A DNA stretch of 64,000 nt, taken from positions 16,217 to 80,216 of IMG/VR virus record IMGVR_UViG_2890388907_000005. One strand, written 5' to 3'. This DNA is from a virus. Lineage: Duplodnaviria; Caudoviricetes. Position 1 is the first letter of the stretch. The number at the start of each line of letters is the position of its first letter. The translations under genes and the position numbers were made by a program. Shown here in pieces: positions 20,201 to 27,859 of the stretch. The notes beneath the pieces were generated by a model. The model ran no database searches. It was not told the DNA's origin and saw nothing but the letters and a program-made list of their open reading frames with translations.

Positions 20201-23200
20201 GAAGCCATCGGCGACGCGGCTCTTTTCATAGCCCATGACGCGGATGTTGGCCCGCGGATAGAGCAGCTTCGCGATGCCGCCGGTGGTCTTCTCCAACTCG
20301 ATCCCGGTGAGTTGCGAGTTCTGTTCCAGATCCCGCGGCATCATGCCGAAGAAGTTGCCGACACCCATGGCGGGTTCGAGGACGCGGCCGCCCTTGAAGC
20401 CCATCGCGCGGACCGCATCCCAGATCGCCTCGACGGTCGGCGGGTCGGTGTAGTGGGCGTTGATGATCGACTCTTGCGCGCTGGCCCAGGCATCCTTGCC
20501 CAGATGCTCGCGCAGCCAGGCGTCTTCCTCCTTCCAGCCCTCCTTGGGGCGCGGATAGGCCCATGAGCCTTGAAACAGTTCCTGGCCGAAGCTGCCCCAG
20601 CCGATGAAGCCGGCCATGGCATCCATTTCCTCGGGGCTCGGCTCGCGGCCGGCATCGGAGACCGCCTCGAATACCTCCATCGCCCGGCGGTTCTTGGCGA
20701 ACCGCGCTTTCGGGCCGCCCGCGAACAGCGAATCCGGGTCGGTGATGTGATAGTTCAGGCGCCCGGGGGCAGAGGGCTGGTCGCTTCCGGGTCGAACATC
20801 GCCCAGTCCTTCACCGCTTCCTGCCGCGCGTCGGACGGGTTCATCCCGCTTTTCAGGTAGTCCCGCTCCGCGTCCAGCATCCTTTCGACGAGAACGTGCG
20901 CGAGGGCGGTCACCGCGCCCCACTCCTTCATCGCCTGATGGAGCCCCGGGTTCTGCGCCTCCCAGGTCTCGATCATCCACTTCTCCAGTGGCGTCCCCGG
21001 CCCGATGTTGTGCGGATGGTCCATCAGGGTCCGGCTCTCCACCTTCGCCCACTTCGCCAGTGCCTGCGCCGCTGCCTTCTCCATCGGGGGTCGTTCCAGC
21101 TTGAGGTTGCGTCGCAACGGTATCAGGTTCCGCCGGCTCGGGCGAGACGGGGAATTCCCCGGCCGGCGTGTCCAGCGCCTCAAGGTTCTGGATCGCGGCG
21201 CGCACCGCCGCGGTGTCATCCATGCCGTCGATGGAGATCTCGTTGTCCTCCATCATGTCCCGCGCACCATTATACCAGGACCGCAGGTAGGGGCGCAGCT
21301 TGGTGGGGGTGGTGTCGAGATCGGCGGCGACGGCCCGGGCGAAGTCGGCGAAGCGCCGGGCGCCCGCCTCGATGTGGAACACGGCGAGTTCGGCACCGAT
21401 GGCGAGGATTTCGGGGTCGATGCCCGAATTGATCTGGCTGCCCAGCTTGGCCTTCAGCCGCTCGCGCAACTCGGCGGCGCGATCCGCGGATACCAGCTTG
21501 TTCGAGGCGCCATAGGCCGGCGCCGGTTCGGCTGCGGCCGGCGCGGCCGGCGCGGGCGCGGGCTGATCGGGCGCGGCGGCAGCCGGCACACCGCGCTGCG
21601 CGGCACCCTCGGCATAGCCTGCGCGCCAGTCATCGGCGATGGGATCGCCTTCCAGCCATGCCGGCGGCTCGCGCATCGCACCGGCACGGCCAGCTTTCCG
21701 GCCGGCCTCGATCGCGTCGCGGCGCTTCTGTTCACGCCGGTCATCCAGCACCGGCGGCGCGGCCGGCGCGGGCGCGGGTGCGGCAGGCTTCGGACGGGCC
21801 GGCGCGGGCGCGGGCCGGGCAGGTTTGCCGGCCTCCGCAGCGATGCGGTCCTCCTCGACATAGGCGGCTTGCAACACGGCGTCGGCATGCTTGCGGGCGA
21901 AGATGAACCCGCCTTCCTTCTCGTCCCATTTCAGGCTGACGCCCGGCACCTGCGGCGGCCGATCCTTCGGGAGACCGCGCAGCACCGCGGCCTTGGCCCG
22001 CACGTTCTCCACCTCGACACCCTCATAGGGATAGGTCGGGGCTTCGCTCGTGGCCGCGGCCTTGCTCGGGCCGCCGCCCGCCAGCCAGGTCTTGAAGCCG
22101 GGCACATCCATGGCGGTGATGCCGCCCAGCCGCCGGCGCCCCTTCCCATCGGAGAACCCGCCCAGGTAGGCGATCTCCGCTTCGGACGCGGAGGCGAAGC
22201 CCAGCATCACCTTGTGTTCGTCGAAGGCGCCGGTTTCGGCATCCTTCTGGTCGATGATCCAGACCTTATCGCTGGCCTCGTCCGGTCCCATGTAGAAGTC
22301 GACGTGGTCGCCATCGGCGCCAGTCGTGCCGCGGATGTAGCCGTAGTCCGCAGGCATGGTGACCTCCCATGCCGCACCATCCGCCCCGACACCGCTGCGC
22401 GTCCCGCCCTTCGGGTTTTCGATGGAGAGGTCGAACCCTTTCCAGCGGGCATGCCCCTTGCGGTAGTTGCCGGCCTCCTTCTGCGCCTCGGTCGGGGCTG
22501 GATCCGCGGCCTTTGCGGCCTCGGCGACCGCGGACTCACCGCCCCCGGTCAGTGGACCTGCAGGCTCGCCGGTGCCAGCTGCGTCAACCAGACCATCTTG
22601 AGGATCGGCGCCACCGGGTCGGTTCCCTGGATCGTCCGCTCCGATCGCAGCGCCTTGCGCGCCAGCCGCGCTTCCTCCGGGGTTATCATCCCCGCGGCGA
22701 GCAGCGCCTTGATCGACTGCCGCGCCGTCATCCACATTGGCAGATCGAGCATTTCCTTCCCCCATATCGACCGGTGCGACCCGATCCATTTCCCGCATCG
22801 CCCCGCGCGTCGCAGACGCGATTGCATCCCGGTCCAGCCCCTCTGTGTCGATCCGCCTGTCCTGATCGGATGCACCGCGGCCGGCCCGCACGATGACGCG
22901 GCCCGGGCGGATCAGAACCTCCCGGCCATCCAACAGCATGTCGTCGGAACTCTTGCCCCCCTCGGCGATGGCGAGGAAGCGACCCCATTCCTTCCGGCGC
23001 TTCTCCCGCGACGCCGTCTCGGCCTCGGAAACCTCGCGCCCCCCCAGCATGTCGGGCTGCATCCGCTGCTCGGGCGGAGTCGTGATCGGGGCGACCGGGT
23101 TGCGGGCCGCCTTGGCCGGTGCCGCGGGCGGCGCGGGCATGTCCTCCGGAGGCGGCACCTTCGCCGCGAGCCGGGCGCGCAGATCCAGCATGGTCTTCGA

Positions 23201-25093
23201 CGGCTTCTTCGCCCGGCGGATCGCTTCATCGACGGTGGCGAGGCGCGAAGCGGCCTGCTCGGGCGACAGCGCGTCGATGTCGGCGGCTGGATCGCGCGGC
23301 GTCTCCGCTCGCCCCTTCGGTGCGGCCTGCTGCGCCAAAGCGCCCGGCGCCGGCACCTGCGGCGCAGGGCCAGGCGCGTCGGCGCCCGGTGCGGGCTTCG
23401 CCTTCTTCGCCGCCTCCGCGGCGGCATCGGCACGGCGCGCCGCATTCAGGGAGATGTCGAAGGCCTCCGGGGTCAGATCGACCTCGCGCCCCTCGATCCT
23501 GACGATGGCGCTGCCGCCGTCCTCACGCTGGAAGACGCCGTCGACGATCGAGCCTTTCTCGTCCATCAGCCGCACCGCCGCCCCGGGCTTCATGTCGGGG
23601 AAGGCCGGAACCGGTTCCACCTCGGGAACGGGGGTCAGATCGGGGGCAACGGTTGCGGCGCGGCCGATCGGGCCGGCCGGAGCGGCATCGGGCGGCAGCG
23701 GCGCCGCACCGATGTCGAAGACGTCGGACCCCGCTTCCTGGGGAGGGGCGGAAGCGGGGTCCATCCCGCCGGCGGTCCCGGCGCCTGCAGGATTCGGTGA
23801 GGGGCGCTCGCGCAGCGTCGGATCGCTGACCGGGCCAGCGCCGAAAATCGTGCCGCCGCGGTTCGGCGCGGGAAGGGCGAGCCGCGCCGGGGGCGCCTCG
23901 GCATCCCGCTGGCGCCCCTGAGCCGCCCCGACAACCGCGCCTGGCCCGGCACCGCCCATGGCGCCGAGGGCGAAGTCGGCGAAGGTGCCTTCGGTCAGAG
24001 AGGCGTCGTCTCCGGTGACGGTCTGCGCGCCGGCGCGCGCCGCCATCGACTCCGCCACCTCCTGGGCACCCTCCTCGATCCCCGAAAGACCGCCGATTCC
24101 CAAGGCGCGGGCGGCAACCCCGCGCGATGCCAGCGCGGAGACGGGCTTGTTCAGGATGCGCTCGGTGACGGCGCCGCCGATGGCGGCCGGAACCGCCTGA
24201 GCCACCCCGCCGGCGGCTTCGGCCATGGTGGTGACCCGCGAGATCGCATCTTCGACGGAGGCGCCCGACGCGATGGCGTCGCGGAAGACCGCGGAGCCTT
24301 GTTCCAGTGCGGCGCGGCCCTCGGAGGTGCCCGCAAGCGCCTCGACATGCTCGCGGCCGGCATCCATGCCTTCCCCGGCGCCCATGGCGGCGCCCGCGGC
24401 CATAGCCGCAGCCGGGCTCTTGGTGGCCAGCGCCACCGCAACCATGGGCAGGAAGGAACCGGTGGCCTGGGCGGCATGCAGGGCGACCCCGCGCAGCGAG
24501 GGGTCTTCGCCCAGCGTCCAGGTGGAGGGCTTGGTAATGTCGCCGTCGATGCCGGTCCCGGCCAGCGCGGCCTTACCCCGATCCGAGACACCTTCGGCCA
24601 AGGCGTCGCCGCCGCTCTGCACCCATTCCCCGGCCCGCTTCGCCAGCTCACGCGCCTTGGTCTGATGCGGCAGCAGCTGGCCGCCCGATCCGACGAGTTC
24701 GGCCCCCAGCCCGAGTCCCTTGATCGCCGCGCCGGCGCCCTGCAGGGCGCCCCCGGCGACCTGACGGCCCAGATCCCCGACAAGGCTCCCCTCGTCGGTC
24801 GCCGGAGGCGCCTCGGATGCGGCGCGCGGGTAGAGTTCGTCGGCGAGATCATAGGCCCGGTTCAGCACCGGCGCCGGAAGGACATCCTCCAGCGTCTCGC
24901 CCGCATCCAGCCGCCCCCGCAGCGCCGCGGCTGCGCGTTCAGCATCGACGCCGGCCTCCTCGATCGCCATGAGGACGTTGGCGGGGATTTGCGCCGACGA
25001 GGCCAAGGCCTCCACGCGCTGCCGCCTGATCGCCGGGTCGGAGGCTTCAGGAATAGAACCCGCGGGGCCGAAGCCGAACGGAGTGGTGGCCAT
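11216..25093 (-). CDS. Giant DarB-like polyvalent protein (4625 aa): pyrophosphatase-like, N6-adenine methyltransferase, SF2/SNF2 helicase, zincin-like metallopeptidase, phosphoribosyltransferase and PLxRFG domains
   Basis: GNYRKGH...DYGYIRGTTGADGDHVD; VLEPAMGVGNF and IGNWPF; HEVGTGKT and VDESH; RHEIIH; LLLDDTLTQGGT; YFPLARFG. Confidence 0.92.
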   Translation of the reverse strand: MATTPFGFGPAGSIPEASDPAIRRQRVEALASSAQIPANVLMAIEEAGVDAERAAAALRGRLDAGETLEDVLPAPVLNRAYDLADELYPRAASEAPPATDEGSLVGDLGRQVAGGALQGAGAAIKGLGLGAELVGSGGQLLPHQTKARELAKRAGEWVQSGGDALAEGVSDRGKAALAGTGIDGDITKPSTWTLGEDPSLRGVALHAAQATGSFLPMVAVALATKSPAAAMAAGAAMGAGEGMDAGREHVEALAGTSEGRAALEQGSAVFRDAIASGASVEDAISRVTTMAEAAGGVAQAVPAAIGGAVTERILNKPVSALASRGVAARALGIGGLSGIEEGAQEVAESMAARAGAQTVTGDDASLTEGTFADFALGAMGGAGPGAVVGAAQGRQRDAEAPPARLALPAPNRGGTIFGAGPVSDPTLRERPSPNPAGAGTAGGMDPASAPPQEAGSDVFDIGAAPLPPDAAPAGPIGRAATVAPDLTPVPEVEPVPAFPDMKPGAAVRLMDEKGSIVDGVFQREDGGSAIVRIEGREVDLTPEAFDISLNAARRADAAAEAAKKAKPAPGADAPGPAPQVPAPGALAQQAAPKGRAETPRDPAADIDALSPEQAASRLATVDEAIRRAKKPSKTMLDLRARLAAKVPPPEDMPAPPAAPAKAARNPVAPITTPPEQRMQPDMLGGREVSEAETASREKRRKEWGRFLAIAEGGKSSDDMLLDGREVLIRPGRVIVRAGRGASDQDRRIDTEGLDRDAIASATRGAMREMDRVAPVDMGEGNARSANVDDGAAVDQGAARRGDDNPGGSAAGAQGAAIGADDPGNRPGGADPQDGLVDAAGTGEPAGPLTGGGESAVAEAAKAADPAPTEAQKEAGNYRKGHARWKGFDLSIENPKGGTRSGVGADGAAWEVTMPADYGYIRGTTGADGDHVDFYMGPDEASDKVWIIDQKDAETGAFDEHKVMLGFASASEAEIAYLGGFSDGKGRRRLGGITAMDVPGFKTWLAGGGPSKAAATSEAPTYPYEGVEVENVRAKAAVLRGLPKDRPPQVPGVSLKWDEKEGGFIFARKHADAVLQAAYVEEDRIAAEAGKPARPAPAPARPKPAAPAPAPAAPPVLDDRREQKRRDAIEAGRKAGRAGAMREPPAWLEGDPIADDWRAGYAEGAAQRGVPAAAAPDQPAPAPAAPAAAEPAPAYGASNKLVSADRAAELRERLKAKLGSQINSGIDPEILAIGAELAVFHIEAGARRFADFARAVAADLDTTPTKLRPYLRSWYNGARDMMEDNEISIDGMDDTAAVRAAIQNLEALDTPAGEFPVSPEPAEPDTVATQPQAGTTPDGEGSGAGTGEVGEGGEPDPDGPSAQHRAGDATGEVDDRDLGGAEPGAPSGDEGVGRGDRPRARSRRKDAGRGAGLPEKRDEPVRRAAGSGEGLGDVRPGSDQPSAPGRLNYHITDPDSLFAGGPKARFAKNRRAMEVFEAVSDAGREPSPEEMDAMAGFIGWGSFGQELFQGSWAYPRPKEGWKEEDAWLREHLGKDAWASAQESIINAHYTDPPTVEAIWDAVRAMGFKGGRVLEPAMGVGNFFGMMPRDLEQNSQLTGIELEKTTGGIAKLLYPRANIRVMGYEKSRVADGFYDLVIGNWPFANIKVPDRRYDRLTPSLHDYFFLKALDQVRAGGLVVGITSAFSMDGQKNRVIRNHLAKNAELVAAYRLPSGAFEKYAGTRVVTDIIILRKRAEPKASAEGERWVQSVPWTSPAGQEIHVNQYFLDNPSHVLGELTTGHGTTYGKAGMIVNRPADLAARLKAIASALPADAYQPARRGKEPRFVATTTRDRILSITRGDDGNLYQVQGDNMARLEDVAKIATKSATETAKRMAEIGRLIEVRRAADAVMEADRAGAADAEAKRKTLKLAYDGFVKAHGPIGDSFALSVLKKLRDPNAGLVAALENGDGTPAAIMTKAVVRAAQKLDNPSIREAFVIARNESAILDIERVAELAKQPAETVIADLLDSKAIYRTPGGGYETSDRYLAGNVRVKLAAAREALDGGEDMAASVAALEAVQPPDVPYFQIEARFGADWVDAGINRAFIIETLGLANPDENDVKLTRAMTGWRVEFSDRVAHMPGASDITGAPLPGRRGTGLSLARFFEATLNTQTITVTYEDQDGTYKDTRATETANQKAADLRQKFGAWLWSEPERRVEAERAYNEAMNNTATPQIDGSFLEFPGMALTRGDEPFNLRQHQANAIWRGILNQRGIYGHEVGTGKTITMTGIAVESRRFGLARKPLLIAHNANSAAVAAEAQDTYPGAKILYINNLSPATIDTELARIATDDWDLIVIPHSLLDRLALTHDTLMVMAEEEIAAYEREAIAAAADDGFSLSVEDMDDPEKIKKMRLGVTAKEMVKARKNLLNQIEKQAQRASREGAISFEKLGVDMILVDESHEFKKPPLATRMQVKGLNLGTSNKSLALRFLTSYVKSQRNGTGVHVFTGTPITNTLAEIYHQMFYAMDDVMRAAKVDTWDGFFKAFADTISDVELTSTGEFENVERLAAFINVSELRQLAGQFMDIVFASDMPEFKPRATADGKTMRSKDLTDADRDFLENGRTEKPQGRPYKKIINDIGPMGGDQRRILDEVIYYARAFKQANGKQRREIMRGGGPDSPIVFNNVPNRASMDTRLQEPDAEDHPLSKANRAVRRIAQIYLDQPMATQVLFMDEGYSSETVSTRTDADGNKTRTKKRKFNLADDIVAKLVAKGVRREEIAIVAGGVSAEEKKAIADAMNALKIRVVIGQTKTLGVGVNMQKYLRAMHHLDAPWMPGDLEQRNGRGERQGNTWNTVEEYRYLTEGLDGRRWQVLAIKERFIKAFLRAKEGVRVIEGDATDDAEAMDGGSLSDTLSEAAGDPRLMLVSKLNKAVERLQARERIHVAGIADATRRIRQITAQTEALEKTLPPLRNDAAHVAGIRAAGTFSATVDGKRFDERAPAEVAIAEFLAKAATRMGKGSTEIVPVEVNGFAIRLEKPSYSYRVEDVSIDIIRKSERRVGKMTLPSIEAAIRRIADAVSDSERLIDENGAMLARLERAQDEPFQQAGDLAKKQAQRDAILADMEANPVPAPGWLRAGAPLDTLIYVDGEERVVTGHRWLATGWFVSTEQGDVPYMEVRSESGVPLYDERAFEAPEISEGSKMRRGDEAAEAAAEMRDRPVVATPGGDELAEADLAGITRDLNADLKAHGLDQKVTVRAVRLLLGASGVEVKGTFRTAGGGRIDVAAGDDARGVMRHEIIHALRSERLWNRPLGLFRPEEWAALERAARADAEIMDWVRTRYPDLTDAKQAEEAVAELYRLWAQGREATGPAGRALARIRAFVEAVANLLRGRGFVSAAMTMEQIARGEIGGRGPQGPGGSRRAAGADMGAEMRGRVSIPRVIIAGELASVSSHPDYAAAKAGDLAAATRLAVDKVTDDLVAQVRAALGDAKPLIVPVVAEEATGRNKIPRAAAEVLAARLGLEPATGIGQTNAPHRTALGGLDRIFAQPVFNGPVEPGRDYLLLDDTLTQGGTFATLAAHIEAGGGRVIGAVALTGKQYSATLTLSPETLSRLRERHGDLEPDFIAATGHGFDSLTESEARYLANYKSADAVRVRVLDEGRRRGGGNHTGDASGSSELRAGLIPSRDRFRGTLGRIDRQSVSRWVSSIITDRMAAENLSLLALVPGRPLFAEMGKHLNGARRYLRVKDEMDALRNQWHSRSAGVAEKWYDLAAKDPAANAALMDLMHRSTQAGVDPTGPDTWNSAWLDRARDAISRYGDDAPLWAKDQVEYAARRRRAYARISEMYQALPEAHRALYGEVMREYDRLGNDFERAIVENIEKATKIAMKRAEKEYRREMRRIADEGLEAEERAAAEAEAKERLDKVKLRGGWGSGARMKELRRQFESNRLKGPYFPLARFGDYFVTVRDTEGKVISFSRFETEAKQAAHVKEMEASHPGRVEHGLLAKRGGLRDQVDPTFVADIETMLAGADVSAEVMDMIWQRWLETLPDQSIRTSKIHRKGREGWNRDALRAFSHHMFHGAHQLARLKHGIDLEDAVEDAFDEAAVSADRNRMVALVNEMNRRKEWTMNPTGSGWSAAASSLAFVWYLGVSPAAAIVNLTQTTVIGPAMMRAAFARTSLGDIVGALGQAAKDFGRGRGASWKDQWSVENADIGDAEKAAMAEGYRRGVIDKTQAHDLAAVAESGVEFNPWREKWMRRIGWGFHHAERFNREITYLAAYRLARGEGVPHDLAIDRAADLTWRIHFSYQNSDRPRMMQGDWPKLFLQFRQFTVNSLYRLFRDAHQSLHGASAEERREARVQLVGVTLSMMAHAGITGTWGYGLVMGLLALFFPGDSDDLEEWLQDALLAEKDTPGAAAWNFAMGAALNGVPGQVTGIALSERIGMPNLWFRPPDRDLEGQDMVQHYVNEALGPTVGILFSMGRGAQNVADGDYARGIEALVPKFARDVIRAGRYAAEGVTTRNGDLIVEDVSPWGLLLQANGFTPARIAERYDINSRLKNKEAEVIEERKRLHRRAGDAIRAGDAIPDGVLDAIRDFNARWPEYPITSDTIRQSVQARQRSSERNEGGVSLNQKLDRRLREGLAPAIYN
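20755..21084 (-). CDS. Putative nested gene (+1 frame, 109 aa) inside the giant ORF, just upstream of the methyltransferase domain
   Basis: MEKAAAQALAKW...WMIETWEAQNPGLHQAMKEWG...ARQEAVKDW has globular helical composition, while the main frame here is G/D/R/P-rich. Confidence 0.6.
   Translation of the reverse strand: MEKAAAQALAKWAKVESRTLMDHPHNIGPGTPLEKWMIETWEAQNPGLHQAMKEWGAVTALAHVLVERMLDAERDYLKSGMNPSDARQEAVKDWAMFDPEATSPLPPGA
22549..22752 (-). CDS. Putative nested gene (+1 frame, 67 aa) inside the giant ORF, just upstream of the pyrophosphatase-like domain
   Basis: GGGGGAAGGAA-ATG; MLDLPMWMTARQSIKALLAAGMITPEEARLARKAL; main frame is a low-complexity linker here. Confidence 0.55.
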   Translation of the reverse strand: MLDLPMWMTARQSIKALLAAGMITPEEARLARKALRSERTIQGTDPVAPILKMVWLTQLAPASLQVH

Positions 25094-25119
25094 AGCAAAA
25101 CCTCACGGGTCTGGACTAT

Positions 25120-25142
25120 GGCTGACACATCCTATGGCAGCC
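25120..25142 (-). promoter_or_regulatory. GGA-loop hairpin in giant-gene leader (motif copy 2)
   Basis: Minus strand GGCTGCCAT-AGGAT-GTGTCAGCC, downstream of TTGCCG-17-TATTCA. Confidence 0.7.
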
Positions 25143-25185
25143 CGTTTCCCCATGAATACCTGATCCGGTGGGGACGCGGCAACAA

Positions 25186-26892
25186 TCAGTTCGGCCGGTA
25201 GAGGACCGGGGGGGGCGCGGTTGTGGAGGCGCCACCCCCGCCCGTCAGTGCCTCGCGCACCGCGCCGACACTCCGCTGCGCTTGACCGATGGCTTCCTCC
25301 ATCGACACGGTCGGCCGCCCGTCGAGTCCCTTGCTGTTTTCGACGATGTCCTGGGCGAGGGACAGGATCTGCTTCTCCTCTGCCGCCCGGGCGCCCTCGG
25401 CCTTGTCGCGCGCGCCCATCGCCGCGGAGGCAGCGGCCGACTGGCGTTCATAGTAGATCTCGAAGGCCCGCGACGGTTCCAGCAGGCCAAGCCCCAGTTT
25501 CAGCACATCGTCGGCGCCCTGATAGACCTGCTCATAGGTCTGGCCGGTCTTCGTGTTGCGGAACACGAGACGCGCCGCCGCTGGGTTTCCGGCCTTGTCA
25601 TAGGTCCAGCCGGATTGATCTTCGACCAGCTCGACGCCATCGGGGAAGTATCCGGCGCGGTTGTAGGCGCGGATCACATGCTCGCCGAAGCGTTCGACAT
25701 CGCCCAGCGTTGCCGCCGCCGCCGCCGCCGCCCAGTCTTTCATGCCCTCGCGCGCCTCGACGGTGTCCATGAACTCCATGAACTTCTGGGCACGGTCGAA
25801 ATCCCCGCGGCTCAACATCCCCTCGATGATCTTGGGGGCCGAGACGGTCATGTAGTGGTCGAGGGCGAAGGCGCCGGCGCGCTCGTATTGGGCCGGGCCG
25901 GCCTTGCCGCCCGGGGCCACACCGGCGGCCTTGATGCCGGCCTGCGCCGCCTCCGCGACCGGCGCAGGGGCGGCGTTGACCTGTTCCACCGCATCCGCGG
26001 CCACCTTCTTCACCGTGGCGGGCGCGGCGGCCGGAACCTTCGACCGCAAAGGGGCATGCGCGGGCGGCGCGGGCGGCGTCGCCGGGGCGACGGGCTGCGG
26101 TGCGATCCCCAGTGCTTCGCGGGCGATCTCGCGCTGGCGGGCGGGCAGATCGGGGTTGGTGGCCCAGCCGCGCCGCATCCGTTCCTCCTCGGCCGCGATC
26201 CGCGCCTCGAATTCGGCGCGGCGCGGATCTGCCTGGGACGGCGCCGCTGCCTCCGGCTTGGGGAGGTATCGCACCCCGGCCGGCCCCTGCAGGCCCAGTT
26301 CGTCCGCGATGGCCCGGCTGGGCGCGGGCGCAACCGGGGTGCCGTCAGGCAGATAGCGGATGCCGCCATTGTAGCCGCTGGGGCGCGGTGCCGCCTGGGG
26401 CAGCTTTTCCGCGGCGGCGCGGGTGGGTCCGGGCCGGGGCTGGGCCGGACGGAGCGACTCCGCGGGCATCGTGCGCTGCATCACCTGGGCCGCGGCATCC
26501 ATCTGCGGCCGCGGAACGACGATGCTGGGGTCGATGCCCAGTTCCTGCGCGACCCCGCGGGCTGGCGAGACGGCCGGTTCCCCCCCCTGCGTCGAGGTGG
26601 TGGTTTCGCCTGCGCCCGTGCCGCCGCCGGCCTCCGCTGCCGCGTCGGCGAAGAGGTCGCGGTAGAAATCGTCATCTTCACGGGCGCGGGTCCAGTCGGC
26701 GTCGTCGCGGTCATAGGCCCGCATCTGGCGATCATGGCGTTCCTGCGCCCGCGCCGCCTCGGCCTCGGTCAGCTTGTCCAGGCGCGCCTGACGCTCCTTG
26801 TCGTCCTTCCGGTCCTGCCATGCATGCTTGATCTCGCGGCCCCTGAAAAAGCCGTCCGCGAACCCCGAGATGCCGTAGGCGACACTGGCCAT
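25186..26892 (-). CDS. Putative internal virion/ejection protein
   Basis: N-terminal GISGFADGFFRG, Ala/Pro-rich middle; lies between pilot protein and giant gene. Confidence 0.7.
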   Translation of the reverse strand: MASVAYGISGFADGFFRGREIKHAWQDRKDDKERQARLDKLTEAEAARAQERHDRQMRAYDRDDADWTRAREDDDFYRDLFADAAAEAGGGTGAGETTTSTQGGEPAVSPARGVAQELGIDPSIVVPRPQMDAAAQVMQRTMPAESLRPAQPRPGPTRAAAEKLPQAAPRPSGYNGGIRYLPDGTPVAPAPSRAIADELGLQGPAGVRYLPKPEAAAPSQADPRRAEFEARIAAEEERMRRGWATNPDLPARQREIAREALGIAPQPVAPATPPAPPAHAPLRSKVPAAAPATVKKVAADAVEQVNAAPAPVAEAAQAGIKAAGVAPGGKAGPAQYERAGAFALDHYMTVSAPKIIEGMLSRGDFDRAQKFMEFMDTVEAREGMKDWAAAAAAATLGDVERFGEHVIRAYNRAGYFPDGVELVEDQSGWTYDKAGNPAAARLVFRNTKTGQTYEQVYQGADDVLKLGLGLLEPSRAFEIYYERQSAAASAAMGARDKAEGARAAEEKQILSLAQDIVENSKGLDGRPTVSMEEAIGQAQRSVGAVREALTGGGGASTTAPPPVLYRPN

Positions 26893-26893
26893 G

Positions 26894-27166
26894 TCAGTTC
26901 TCCATGAAACGCCAGCGCGGCAGCTGGCAGCGTAGCACCGCAGAGCCGCGGAAGGCGCAGGGTTGACGATCGGTGATGCGAGTCACCTTGGGCTCGCCGG
27001 TCTTCTCCGTCCACAGAATGGCGCCGCCGATCAGCCGATCGGCCTCGACGAACTCGCAGAAGGTCGCGAAATCCGCGAATTCGGTCTCGATGAACGAGAA
27101 CGGCGCGCGCCGCGGCGTGGCCTCGCTTTCCGGTTCAAACCAGACCTGAATGATGCAACCCGCCAT
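26894..27166 (-). CDS. Hypothetical protein
   Basis: AGGAG RBS; fills the operon gap exactly. Confidence 0.7.
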   Translation of the reverse strand: MAGCIIQVWFEPESEATPRRAPFSFIETEFADFATFCEFVEADRLIGGAILWTEKTGEPKVTRITDRQPCAFRGSAVLRCQLPRWRFMEN

Positions 27167-27175
27167 ATCTCGCTC

Positions 27176-27859
27176 CTATCCCTGCACCCCAAGCGGGCGC
27201 GTCGGCATCCCGCCTTTTGCCTCGAACGCGGCGATGGCCTTGTCCAGCGCGGCATCCGAGACATGCCGGAAGCCCTGCCATTCCGCCCGCAGCGCCGCCC
27301 GCTTCGCCGCCGGACTTCCAGCGCCGGCCAGACGCCGGCTGGCAAGGTGATCTGCCATCGCGTTCTGCGTGTCCGCATCGAACCGGGTGTCGGGCGACAA
27401 GCCCATCTCGGTCGCCGCGGAACGCAGCGTGGTTCCGACAATCTGGTGGCGACCCATGGGTGTGGCGACATGGCCGACATTTCCCTTCACCCACTGGCCA
27501 TAGGCACCGGATGGGGAGGCGAAGTCGTAGAGTTCGCCCAGAGTCATCTGGGAGACCTTGACCCCGTCGAAAGCGCCTCCGTTCTGGGAGTGGCCGTAGA
27601 GGGTGTCGTAGTTTCCAGCCCCCTCGGTCGCGTCGATCAGCCCGAAAAGGGTGCCGTCGCCCGAGGCACCGCCGCCGCTCGCGGCCGTGCCCGTGCCGGT
27701 GCTGCCGCCGCCCGCCGCACCGCTGGCTCCACGGTTTTCGAGCGCCGAGATCCAGCGATCCATCTGCGCCGCAGCCTGCTGTCGCTCCTGCCTCGCATCC
27801 TTCATCATCTTGCCCTGCGCGAGACCCTGCGCGAGCCCGGCCAGCCCCATTGCGGTCAT
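27176..27859 (-). CDS. Internal virion protein with lysozyme-like (muramidase) domain
   Basis: LIDATEGAGNYDTLYG, ATPMGRHQIVGTTL, FDADTQ, EWQGF. Confidence 0.75.
   Translation of the reverse strand: MTAMGLAGLAQGLAQGKMMKDARQERQQAAAQMDRWISALENRGASGAAGGGSTGTGTAASGGGASGDGTLFGLIDATEGAGNYDTLYGHSQNGGAFDGVKVSQMTLGELYDFASPSGAYGQWVKGNVGHVATPMGRHQIVGTTLRSAATEMGLSPDTRFDADTQNAMADHLASRRLAGAGSPAAKRAALRAEWQGFRHVSDAALDKAIAAFEAKGGMPTRPLGVQG

Noticed and set aside
11272-20655. Other same-strand alternate-frame ORFs inside the giant gene (e.g. 11272-11577, 14965-15312, 16768-17139)
   Set aside because: S/P/R/T-rich shadow composition, and they overlap regions where the main frame has clear domain motifs, unlike the nested candidates.
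10925-23800. Very long plus-strand ORFs (10925-14131, 14159-19318, 21005-23800)
   Set aside because: Antisense shadows of the GC-rich giant gene; no motifs and typical shadow composition.
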